64,000 nt of DNA from a virus. Under the pieces are notes generated by a model, which made no database searches, was not told where the DNA came from, and saw nothing but the letters and a program-made list of their open reading frames with translations. Shown here in pieces: positions 50,600-59,213 of this stretch; position 1 is the stretch's first letter; the number at the start of each line of letters is the position of its first letter. A program made the translations under genes and the position numbers. Location: IMG/VR virus record IMGVR_UViG_3300017967_005407, positions 12,598 through 76,597 of that record; one strand, 5' to 3'.

Positions 50600-51733
50600 A
50601 TGACTGAAGATTTAAAATGGTCTAATTATGACTTTACTAAAATACCTTTTAATGACATTATCCAAGTGGGACAACGAACGCTCCTCTACCGAGATATCTT
50701 TACGGTATCTTGGTTACTAGGAAGATTTTGTAACTATAGGTGTAGTTACTGTTGGCCTTATGCAAGAAGTGACAGAAAAGATCATAGACCAACTGAGTTG
50801 TGTCTAGCAACTATAGATGAGATAAAGAAGCAAGCACGTGATAACGGTTTTAACAGTTTCCATTTTAGTCTGTCTGGCGGCGAGCCTACCTTTCATCCAG
50901 GGTACTTGGACATACTTGGTCACTTGGCTAATGATGTGCCTAATACTAATTATACTTCCATACATATGACATCAAACTGCTCACGCCCAATGAAGTGGTT
51001 TGAAGATTATGTAGAAAAAGCAAAACCTTTCCATAGAGCAAGTATAACGGCTAGTTTGCACACAGAACACTTAAATACAAAGGAGAAGATGCAGGACTTT
51101 GCAGATAAATTAATCCTGTGTCAAGAACACGATGTACAAGTTACAATTAATATGGTCATGGTTCCGGAATGGTTTGAAAGAGATTGGGAAAACGCCCTCT
51201 TCTTCCACGAGCAAGGAATCAACGTTACACTTAAACCCCAATCGGATCCGACTGCGTCAAAAGTGGTTGATGGATACACTGGGGATATGCTTAAAAGACT
51301 CTGGAACGGAATGCCACAAAGAGCCTACACAGAAACAAAACGCAAGTGGGAAGGTAGACCCAAACCAAACTTCAAAATTCCTGTAGGTATTATGGGCAAA
51401 CCTGATGCAAGTGTACCTTGGCATTTTCAAGTAGAGTTTACTGATAAAGATGGTAATAAGTGGTACATGGATCAAGCAGAAAGATTTAATGCTTTTGAAT
51501 TTAATAAATTCGAAGGTTGGAGTTGTAATGCTGGATATCAAGGTATTATTATTCGTGAGCCCGATGGCAGTATTAAACGTAGTTACAGTTGTCATGATGT
51601 GCCTCTTGGCAATATAGAAACTGGTTTTAAATTATTTGATAAACCTATGCCATGTATGACTAAGTCTTGTGTTAGTAGTGCTGATAGTAAAATACCTAAA
51701 AGGAGAATTGATGAACATACCAATGAGTCATGA
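50600..51733 (+). CDS. Radical SAM enzyme with C-terminal Twitch-like domain (paralog of 21440..22399)
   Basis: CNYRCSYC; 'SGGEPT'; 'FEGWSCNAG...SC...LGNI...CMTKSC'. Confidence 0.9.
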   Translation: MTEDLKWSNYDFTKIPFNDIIQVGQRTLLYRDIFTVSWLLGRFCNYRCSYCWPYARSDRKDHRPTELCLATIDEIKKQARDNGFNSFHFSLSGGEPTFHPGYLDILGHLANDVPNTNYTSIHMTSNCSRPMKWFEDYVEKAKPFHRASITASLHTEHLNTKEKMQDFADKLILCQEHDVQVTINMVMVPEWFERDWENALFFHEQGINVTLKPQSDPTASKVVDGYTGDMLKRLWNGMPQRAYTETKRKWEGRPKPNFKIPVGIMGKPDASVPWHFQVEFTDKDGNKWYMDQAERFNAFEFNKFEGWSCNAGYQGIIIREPDGSIKRSYSCHDVPLGNIETGFKLFDKPMPCMTKSCVSSADSKIPKRRIDEHTNES

Positions 51734-52532
51734 AGATGCATGGGCATTAAATGACAAAGTTGAAAAGGCAATTGGTAGTGAAAATCCAAGTGTAAGTTTG
51801 GAAAATGTTATTCCGAGTGACGTACTACTAGAGTGTAAAGATTTTGTCAAAAACTTTCTTGATTTACCTGATGAATTACCTAAAGATAGAATTTTTTGGT
51901 ACCGAGATGGAATGGTTCACAGACAAAAATTTGTTCAAGACTTTAGTAAAAAATATATTGAGCCCTACTTAAATGAAAATGAAATTTTAATCGGTGATAC
52001 TGCATTCTGTATTAATCATCCTCCACACGATGTTCATGTTGACAACAGAGACTTTAGAGCCGACGAAGAAAAAGCAGGAGTAATTGGCACTAGAAGTGTT
52101 GTTGTACCTATTGAAATAGATACGGACAACTTTCCTAAGTTATACACTGCAAATCAATATTTCTACGGTCCTAGCACTCGTATGCGTAATGGTTGTAACA
52201 GTATAGATACATTAGATAGAGAAGTAGCAAGACAGAAAAGTTGTGGTGTTTACTTTCTTTACGATTATGAAAAATATGGTGTAAAGTATTTAGAAAAAGA
52301 AAATGTTATAACCGAAAAATGGTGGAACGAACACATAAGCGAACCATATTTTGTTCCTTATAGCACATTTGACAGGCTTTCAATTGAAGCTGAGCACGAC
52401 TGGAAACCAGGAAATATTATTGTATTTGATAGTTGTAGAATACATTGGGCTGAAAATCTTCTTAAAAAAGAAGCATCTTTTAAAATAGGATTGAGTTTGA
52501 ATTATGGCATTGTGTTCGAAAAGCTGGACTGA
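51711..52532 (+). CDS. Fe(II)/2-oxoglutarate oxygenase-like protein (paralog of 40669..41493)
   Basis: AGGAG RBS before ATG 51711; 'DVHVDNR', 'GNIIVFDSCRIH', 'KIGL'. Confidence 0.65.
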   Translation: MNIPMSHEDAWALNDKVEKAIGSENPSVSLENVIPSDVLLECKDFVKNFLDLPDELPKDRIFWYRDGMVHRQKFVQDFSKKYIEPYLNENEILIGDTAFCINHPPHDVHVDNRDFRADEEKAGVIGTRSVVVPIEIDTDNFPKLYTANQYFYGPSTRMRNGCNSIDTLDREVARQKSCGVYFLYDYEKYGVKYLEKENVITEKWWNEHISEPYFVPYSTFDRLSIEAEHDWKPGNIIVFDSCRIHWAENLLKKEASFKIGLSLNYGIVFEKLD

Positions 52533-53637
52533 CATTAACATTGATTTTGGCGAGAAAATTATAAAACACTGTTGTAAATCAATTGGTGAAAAATATCATA
52601 TTTTAGATGAAAATTTTATAAATCATAGTGAAGGAATAGTTACTCGCAGACTTGAATCTTTAAACAACATAAAAAATGCTCAGTGTAATTATTGTTGGAA
52701 TCATGATAACAAATCAAATGCTTCATATAGAGATTTGTATAACAAACCAATCGATGTAAATAAAGATGTAGATAGTTTAGTAGAATTTATTGAGTTGAAA
52801 TTTGATAATGTTTGTAATTTAGGATGTGTGTATTGTAGTGAAATAGACAGCAGTACAATTGCAAAAGAAAAAAATTTAGTAAACAGTATTACTAAACACG
52901 ACGAAAAAGATGTTGAAGTTGTTACAAATTACATACAAAAACTACTCAATAAAAATAAAGAAGTGCGTATTAATATGTTAGGCGGCGAGCCAACATTAAG
53001 TAAAGGCTATCACCAATTTATTAAAAATTTGATTAAAACAAATGCAAATGATACAAATATAATTATGGTTACCACTAGCAATGGCAATATGCACAGTAAT
53101 ATTTTAGATACATTAATTTCATATATGGAACAAACTAAATGGAATTGGGTATGGGGATTCAGCGGTGAGTCAACTGGAAAAATATTTGAAAATGTAAGAC
53201 ATGGCTCGGATTGGGATCAATGGAATAATAATTTAGACATTTTATCATCTCATAAAAAAACTTTGTGTATCAGTTTCAATCCTACTGTGAATTTGCTTAC
53301 AGTTAAAGATTTCCCCAATTACATAAATCATGTAACAAATTGTAACAAAATGTATCTAATTAATCCAAATTTTGTATTATTACCATTTGAACTTAGTTTA
53401 GCCAAAGTGCCAAAACATTTTATAAAATACATAGAAGATGCAAAAAATATATTTGAAAAGAAAAATATAAAATGTATCAATAAATCAGATGTAATGAAAT
53501 GGTTTGATGTATGTATAAATACCATTGGAACTGAAAAACTTGATAATGATGTTTTGAAGAATTATTTACAAATTCAAAACAAAAATAAAAATAACACTTT
53601 GGATTTAAGTCTGTTAATGGAACAAGTAAATGAATAA
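52504..53637 (+). CDS. Radical SAM enzyme with N-terminal Twitch-like domain
   Basis: 'LCSKSW...HCCK...CNYCW'; CNLGCVYC; 'LGGEPT'. Confidence 0.88.
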   Translation: MALCSKSWTDINIDFGEKIIKHCCKSIGEKYHILDENFINHSEGIVTRRLESLNNIKNAQCNYCWNHDNKSNASYRDLYNKPIDVNKDVDSLVEFIELKFDNVCNLGCVYCSEIDSSTIAKEKNLVNSITKHDEKDVEVVTNYIQKLLNKNKEVRINMLGGEPTLSKGYHQFIKNLIKTNANDTNIIMVTTSNGNMHSNILDTLISYMEQTKWNWVWGFSGESTGKIFENVRHGSDWDQWNNNLDILSSHKKTLCISFNPTVNLLTVKDFPNYINHVTNCNKMYLINPNFVLLPFELSLAKVPKHFIKYIEDAKNIFEKKNIKCINKSDVMKWFDVCINTIGTEKLDNDVLKNYLQIQNKNKNNTLDLSLLMEQVNE

Positions 53638-54199
53638 ATTTGAAGAATTAGATTTACCTACATATGATTTGTATAAAGAATTACAAAAGTTAATAGAACT
53701 AGGAAAAATAGTATATAAAGACGATACTGATCAAATATGTTTAAATTCTATCGTAGGCAAAGAAGAAAATTATAATTTTGGAAGAGGAAGTCTTCATTTT
53801 GATTGGGACAATAGTTACTACGATCATAAACAAGAAAAAATGGTTGTGCCTTTGAGAAAAGACAAAGTAGAAGAAAAAGATTTTACAGTTCTTTGCACAC
53901 AATTTAAAGATACACCTTTTGAAATCGTATATAATGCATTAAAAGAAAAATTTACTGTAGGTAGGGTACGACTAATACGAAGTAGGCCAAAAACTTGTAT
54001 GAGCTGGCACAAAGATGATCATCCTAGAGTACATTTTCCCTTAAAAACACAAGAAGGTTGCATAATGATTATACAAGATGAAATGATGCATTTAGAACAA
54101 AATAAATGGTATATCACTGACACAACAGTACATCATACTGCTATAAATTCTAGTAGAGAAGATCGCATACATTTAGTAGCAACAATTATAGATAAATAA
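53630..54199 (+). CDS. Aspartyl/asparaginyl beta-hydroxylase-family dioxygenase
   Basis: 'GRVRLI...MSWHKD...RVHFPL...DTTVHHTAINSSREDRIHLV'. Confidence 0.8.
   Translation: MNKFEELDLPTYDLYKELQKLIELGKIVYKDDTDQICLNSIVGKEENYNFGRGSLHFDWDNSYYDHKQEKMVVPLRKDKVEEKDFTVLCTQFKDTPFEIVYNALKEKFTVGRVRLIRSRPKTCMSWHKDDHPRVHFPLKTQEGCIMIIQDEMMHLEQNKWYITDTTVHHTAINSSREDRIHLVATIIDK
54192..54198 (+). promoter_or_regulatory. Late-promoter-like ATAAATA
   Basis: Precedes an AGGAG RBS and ATG 54217. Confidence 0.5.
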
Positions 54200-54216
54200 T
54201 TGCATAGGAGAGTACT

Positions 54217-54867
54217 ATGCAAACCACATACAACGATGTTAAAAAGGCAGTTATACGTAGTCAACACTGCCAAAGAAACTGGGATTTAAATAAACAGATT
54301 CCAGAGGATGATTTAGAGCTGTTAAAACATTCAGTAGCAAATTGTCCTAGCAAACAAAACATGGCTTTTTATAAAGTACATTTTATTCAAGATAGAAATA
54401 TTATAGAATCTATTCACGAAAATACTGACGGATTTACATATAATTTTGAAACTGGAGCGAGTACAACAAATAGTCAAATTTTAGCTAATTTAGTACTAGC
54501 TTTTGAAGCAAGTAATCCTTTTGATGTAAATGATGACGAAGTAAGAAACGACGAGTGGTACGAGAAAAAAGTTAAAGGATCTTTAACAAGTAAATCTGTA
54601 GAAAATTTAATTAGAGACACTCATGTTGCAGTTGGTATTGCAGCTGGGTATGCAAATTTGACTGCTAGTATGCTCGGACTTAATACAGGTTGTTGTAGTT
54701 GTTATGATGCAGAAGAAATTAAAAACATCCTAAATGCAGAAAATAATATTATGCTATTAATGGGTATCGGCTTTAAAAATGAAGAAAGAAACCGTAGAGA
54801 ACATCATAACAATAATTTTGTTTTTCCAACTAAACCGAAGCAAAAAATAGAAATTTTTGATAGATAA
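54217..54867 (+). CDS. Nitroreductase-fold flavoprotein
   Basis: 'RSQHCQRNW...CPSKQN...GIAAGYANLTASMLGLNTGCCSC...LLMGIGF'. Confidence 0.8.
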   Translation: MQTTYNDVKKAVIRSQHCQRNWDLNKQIPEDDLELLKHSVANCPSKQNMAFYKVHFIQDRNIIESIHENTDGFTYNFETGASTTNSQILANLVLAFEASNPFDVNDDEVRNDEWYEKKVKGSLTSKSVENLIRDTHVAVGIAAGYANLTASMLGLNTGCCSCYDAEEIKNILNAENNIMLLMGIGFKNEERNRREHHNNNFVFPTKPKQKIEIFDR

Positions 54868-54900
54868 AAAATGTTAGACTTACCTTAGTGTAAGTCTAAC
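54866..54900 (-). terminator. Intrinsic terminator overlapping the stop codon of the fibre gene
   Basis: 11-bp stem GTTAGACTTAC/GTAAGTCTAAC with a 6-nt loop containing the TAA, followed on the minus strand by a 6-T run. Confidence 0.65.
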
Positions 54901-56366
54901 CATGTACTTCCGTTATACACTTGTAACTTGGCAGTAACATTATTAAATATAACCATTCCGCCTTGTGGTCCTACTATTGCATCTCTTTCTGCTGTAGAAA
55001 AACTTCCAAATGTAACAGTATTTGGTGCAGTAATTTTACCGTCTGTGCCATCAATAATAGTAGTACTATCATCTAATCCTACAGATCCGTTGACATCACC
55101 TTTAAACACACCGCCATCGCTTGCTACATTTTTCCAACCATCGTTGTAAACTTGCAATTGTTTTTCGGTAGTGTTAAAAAGTAACACGCCTGTTTCTTGT
55201 GCACCACTTAATCCTAATCCGATTTGTGTTGTGCTATAGTTGGCTTGTTGTATAGGTAGTGTGTTTTCTAAATAAACAGCACTTTCACTTGCTGTTAATG
55301 GAAATACCCATGCTCCATTTTCTCTAAAGAAAACTCTACCTGCACCCGGAGCATAAACTACATCACCATTTACTGGTGTACCAACTTCGCTAGTTTCTAC
55401 AGAACCTAAAGTAAGTTTTCCTTCCAGTACATTAATATTTCCGTTTGAAGTAAATCTATAATCTGTTTGGGGAGCGGTTCCTAAACCTAATTTTCCGTCA
55501 TGGAAATAAGCTGACTTGTTAATACCTCCGCCATTTACCAAATCTGTTCTAATAGCTACACCGTATACACCGCCTACTATATCACAATGATCTGTTATTG
55601 TGTCATCGTTTGTATCTAATGTTCTAAATCTTAATCTACCTGCATTATCGCCAGCTGTTAATGTATCACTGTGCCTTCTAACAAAATTGTGTTGTGCTTC
55701 AGTATCTTCAGTAGGTTGCTGCAAAACAGATCCGCCTGTTGCATTTGCTATTTCTAAAGAAACTGTAGATGTTAATAGATCTGAAAAAATTTCGCCAAAT
55801 CTATTAATTACAATTGTACTATCTTCTGCATGTACTTCGCCAATTAAATCGCCAAAATATTGATTAGCAGTAACACTGCCTCCAATACTTGCATCTTGAC
55901 TTACTACAAGAGTGGCCGTATTTACATCATTTACATCTAAATCACCTGTTGATGCATCAAGTACAATACTACTGTCTGGGCCTACAACGTTAAGATAATA
56001 AGTTCCACCTTCTACAACTAAATCACTTACATCTAGGTTTGCAGCACTTAGGTTATATATCTGACTACCATCGCCTACCAAACTACCGGCTGTCACCGTG
56101 CCTGTAGCAGTAATAGATCCTGATGTAGTAATTTGTCCAGCAATGTTTATATCGCCAGAACCAAAAATTGTATTAGTAGCTAGATCTAAGTTTCTTGTTA
56201 GGGCTTCCGGACTATCATTTAATGCGCCTGTAATTCTAATACCGCCCACTGTTGAGCCGTTTCCAACATATAATTCTTGTGTATCTGTTGTCCAGATCAT
56301 TTCCCCATCTGCTGGGGTGATTAGTAAGCGTTCTGCATCAGTACCGCGTCTAAGTCGCAAAGCCAT
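54885..56366 (-). CDS. Fibre-like virion protein with Mtd_N/hyaluronidase-like N-terminal anchor domain
   Basis: 'MALRLRRGT...PADGEMIWTTDTQELYVGNGSTVGG'; C-terminal module shared with 29046..30371; AGGAG RBS and ATAAATA upstream. Confidence 0.75.
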   Translation of the reverse strand: MALRLRRGTDAERLLITPADGEMIWTTDTQELYVGNGSTVGGIRITGALNDSPEALTRNLDLATNTIFGSGDINIAGQITTSGSITATGTVTAGSLVGDGSQIYNLSAANLDVSDLVVEGGTYYLNVVGPDSSIVLDASTGDLDVNDVNTATLVVSQDASIGGSVTANQYFGDLIGEVHAEDSTIVINRFGEIFSDLLTSTVSLEIANATGGSVLQQPTEDTEAQHNFVRRHSDTLTAGDNAGRLRFRTLDTNDDTITDHCDIVGGVYGVAIRTDLVNGGGINKSAYFHDGKLGLGTAPQTDYRFTSNGNINVLEGKLTLGSVETSEVGTPVNGDVVYAPGAGRVFFRENGAWVFPLTASESAVYLENTLPIQQANYSTTQIGLGLSGAQETGVLLFNTTEKQLQVYNDGWKNVASDGGVFKGDVNGSVGLDDSTTIIDGTDGKITAPNTVTFGSFSTAERDAIVGPQGGMVIFNNVTAKLQVYNGSTWLDLH

Positions 56367-56408
56367 GTTAAATATCTCCTAGGTGACAATTATTTTTATC
56401 GTACATTG

Positions 56409-56415
56409 TATTTAT
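56409..56415 (-). promoter_or_regulatory. Late-promoter-like ATAAATA
   Basis: Intergenic, upstream of the fibre gene start at 56366. Confidence 0.55.
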
Positions 56416-56431
56416 CACTGTAGGGCATTTA

Positions 56432-56719
56432 TTATTTGTTATGTTTTAGGAATTTAGTTGTACGTTTTGATATATCGTATTTGATTTTCTCAAAATTCAT
56501 TTTAAAATTAACTTCTTTAATTTCTTCTTCATATTCTTCAAAAAAATCATCTAAAACTTGGTCAACAGGAACTTCTTCAGTTTCCTGTTGCATTAAATCA
56601 ATTTCCCACAGCTCTCCAGATATGAATTCAACTTCAATCGATTTCATATAGTTTACTGGCAGAAATTTCATATCAACAGTATCGAATATCTCCTGCCAGT
56701 ACGATTCTTTTCTTTTCAT
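56432..56719 (-). CDS. Hypothetical acidic protein
   Basis: TAATG overlap with the upstream gene. Confidence 0.7.
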   Translation of the reverse strand: MKRKESYWQEIFDTVDMKFLPVNYMKSIEVEFISGELWEIDLMQQETEEVPVDQVLDDFFEEYEEEIKEVNFKMNFEKIKYDISKRTTKFLKHNK

Positions 56720-57354
56720 TATGCTGTTTCAGTTGATTTTTTGCTACTTCTTTTTTTTGTAGGTGAAAGTTCTTCTGCTTGTTCACGCAATTTTTTAGCT
56801 TCTTTAAACAAAGCATCTGCTTGTGAACGGTATTGAGCAGCTAAATCTTCGTCACTTAATACGCCATCTGTTGTCTGTGATGTTGCTGGTTCATCTGAGT
56901 ACAAAGCAGTTGCATCAACAGGTGTATCAGACGCACTTGAGCGGACAGGTACAGTATTACCGTTTTCGTCTTTAAGTGCTAAATCGTTAACAGTGACTCC
57001 TTTTTGATCTGCCATAATTTGGTTTAATTCAGCAAGATTTACTGAAGTTACTGTATTAGGAGTCATTTCAACTAGCTTAGTTGGTACTTTTTGGAATTTA
57101 CCAGTTTTTTGAAAACCAGCAAGCATATTGCGTCCATCTGGTAAACTGTTACGAGCCATAGCTTCAGCAAATTCATATGCTGATTGTCCACTTGCTGATT
57201 CTACAGCTTTAATTAGTGCATCGTGTTCATCTGCACTAAGGCTTTCTGTTGCTACAATTAAACAGTGCTCTGGATCGCCAGGAATAACTCTGTATGCAAC
57301 AATAACCTTTCTTTGATTGTGGGCAATTCTGCCCACATGTTTAATGTTAGCCAT
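56719..57354 (-). CDS. Hypothetical protein
   Basis: AGGAG RBS before ATG 57354 (MANIKHVGR); C-terminal coiled-coil and basic tail. Confidence 0.7.
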   Translation of the reverse strand: MANIKHVGRIAHNQRKVIVAYRVIPGDPEHCLIVATESLSADEHDALIKAVESASGQSAYEFAEAMARNSLPDGRNMLAGFQKTGKFQKVPTKLVEMTPNTVTSVNLAELNQIMADQKGVTVNDLALKDENGNTVPVRSSASDTPVDATALYSDEPATSQTTDGVLSDEDLAAQYRSQADALFKEAKKLREQAEELSPTKKRSSKKSTETA

Positions 57355-57595
57355 TATCTTCTCCTGTGCCGTCATCGGCTGGTTGTTGTGCTGCTTCAGC
57401 ACCTTCTTGTGCTGCTTTTGCTTGCTCTTCAACCGTTTTTAGAAAAGTATCTAGTTTGTTGAAAAGTGTACCTACAGCAGCAAGCTCTTGGGCTTTGAAC
57501 GTTCCACGTTCGGTTGCCAATTCAATAACACCACGCATTACTGCTAGGTCTTGAATGTTTAAATCATTTGAAGTTTGTGCTTCTGTCGCTGACAT
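57347..57595 (-). CDS. Hypothetical protein
   Basis: AAGGAG RBS; TAAATA upstream (57634-57639). Confidence 0.7.
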   Translation of the reverse strand: MSATEAQTSNDLNIQDLAVMRGVIELATERGTFKAQELAAVGTLFNKLDTFLKTVEEQAKAAQEGAEAAQQPADDGTGEDNG

Positions 57596-57636
57596 GTATT
57601 TTTTCTCCTTCTACATATGTAATTATCTGCGCATAT

Positions 57637-57909
57637 TTAATTATATTTTAAATGTGGACAAGCTAACATGAAAAAACTCAGCTCGCTTGCCTTTTCGAAT
57701 CCTATTGTATATACTTTGGATAGATTGTTATTTTTAAGTATAACATTTATTCCAAAAAAGTACCTTCCACTTAGATTTTCTTCTATCCAAGTCACCATAG
57801 CGTTTTCTAGATTATAAGAACGTTCTAATTCTGTTGTAACAAAATGCTCTGGACAAAAATCAACACGTCTTAATTTTAGTACATCTAATTCTTTAATTAG
57901 ATTTTTCAC
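57637..57909 (-). CDS. Hypothetical protein
   Basis: GTGA overlap with the upstream VWA gene; GGAGG RBS. Confidence 0.65.
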   Translation of the reverse strand: MKNLIKELDVLKLRRVDFCPEHFVTTELERSYNLENAMVTWIEENLSGRYFFGINVILKNNNLSKVYTIGFEKASELSFFMLACPHLKYN

Positions 57910-59213
57910 GCTGCCTCCTGGTAATGAGCAGTAACGCCAAATGGTGATTGCAATTCTTTATTATGGTTACTGTGTATAATGAAAATAGTATCACAGTAGT
58001 TCTCATCTCCCCAGCTATCCCAAGCATAGCCGTCGGTAAACATGATAAACTTTTTAGGCTGAATATCGTTGTCTTTCATATATGTCCAATTAACCATAAA
58101 GTCAGTGCCACCGCCACCAAAGATTTCGTATTCTGTCAAGTCTTCGCCACCGTCTGCACTAAAATCCTGTTCATTATATACAGCCGTATCAAAGCACCAC
58201 AATTTAATACGGTAATCTTTGTATTCGTCCATAATGCCTTTAATTTCACCTAAAAAGTCTTTAGCCTGATCGTTACCAATCGAACCACTCATATCTATTG
58301 AAATACAAATGTCAATAGTATCCATAAAGTTCATACCTGGTAAAATAGCACCTGTGTGCCAGCCTTTGCGTGAAGGACGACTAAATGTATAATCGCTTTT
58401 GATAGTGCTTTGAATCTGCTGACGTAACAATTCACGCCAGTTCATTTTAGGCTCTGTAAGTTCTTTTATAAGACGTTCTACTCCAGCAGGCACATTACCA
58501 GCACCAGCAGTTTGAGCAGCATTAATCATTGCTTCTTTAATTTCATCTTTTATTTGATCAATTTCAGCTTTGCTGTACTTAGGACGCCCTTTTCCTTTAC
58601 CTTCTTCCTCACTGTCACCTTCTAAGTCCAAATGCTCGTCTAACATTTCGCCAAGTTGTTCTAAAAATTCTTCACCTTCTTTTTTAGCTTTTTCAAACAA
58701 TTCGTCATAAACTTCTTCACTTGTCCAGCCACGGTATTTAAAATCTTGATAACAATCCACAATTTTAGGTTTAGTACCGATCCGTCCGTCTACAAGTTCA
58801 TTATTTACAATATAATCAGCTGAAATATTATAAAGCATTGGATTACGATCATTTCTACGACCTAAATGATCATATACCATGTGATAAATTTCGTGTGCAA
58901 GGACAAATTCAATCTCTTTATTGTCCATAGCATTAAAAAATTGTGTATTGTAATATAAGTTACGACCGTCTACTGCGGCAGTCATTAACCACTCGTCTGC
59001 AGGTACAATTTTTAGACGTGTTGCCATGTTACCAAAAAACGGATGCCGCAACAACAAACCTACACGAGCAGTAATAATGCGCTCATGTACTTCTTCACGC
59101 ATAGCAAGCAAATCTTTTTCAGAAATATCAGGATCTGGCTGCCATGATTTTAATTTTGTTTGTGTTTCTTTTGCAGACATTTTCATTGCGGTTACGTAAC
59201 TAAAGTCTAACAT
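57906..59213 (-). CDS. VWA-domain protein with N-terminal HExxH metallopeptidase-like domain (DUF2201-like)
   Basis: 'LAHEIYH', MIDAS 'IDMSGS', 'GGGGTDF', 'FTDG'. Confidence 0.85.
   Translation of the reverse strand: MLDFSYVTAMKMSAKETQTKLKSWQPDPDISEKDLLAMREEVHERIITARVGLLLRHPFFGNMATRLKIVPADEWLMTAAVDGRNLYYNTQFFNAMDNKEIEFVLAHEIYHMVYDHLGRRNDRNPMLYNISADYIVNNELVDGRIGTKPKIVDCYQDFKYRGWTSEEVYDELFEKAKKEGEEFLEQLGEMLDEHLDLEGDSEEEGKGKGRPKYSKAEIDQIKDEIKEAMINAAQTAGAGNVPAGVERLIKELTEPKMNWRELLRQQIQSTIKSDYTFSRPSRKGWHTGAILPGMNFMDTIDICISIDMSGSIGNDQAKDFLGEIKGIMDEYKDYRIKLWCFDTAVYNEQDFSADGGEDLTEYEIFGGGGTDFMVNWTYMKDNDIQPKKFIMFTDGYAWDSWGDENYCDTIFIIHSNHNKELQSPFGVTAHYQEAA

Noticed and set aside
23584-54867. Classical RiPP cluster (rSAM-SPASM maturases plus precursor)
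   Set aside because: No leader/core-type precursor, peptidase or exporter recognised. The Cys patterns are the short Twitch type, and GTs dominate the accessory set. Not fully excluded.
23584-54867. DNA base hypermodification cluster as the primary call
   Set aside because: No recognisable dNMP hydroxymethylase, 5-hmdU DNA kinase, TET/JBP or DNA glucosyltransferase, and the neighbourhood is structural rather than replicative. Kept only as an alternative.
54885-56366. Diversity-generating retroelement suggested by the Mtd_N-like domain
   Set aside because: No reverse transcriptase, no template/variable repeat pair and no C-type lectin-like tip seen; Mtd_N is a generic fibre anchor.
57318-57337. 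Inverted repeat TGTGGGCA-ATTC-TGCCCACA
   Set aside because: Inside a coding region with no U-tract; likely incidental, though it could affect initiation at 57354.
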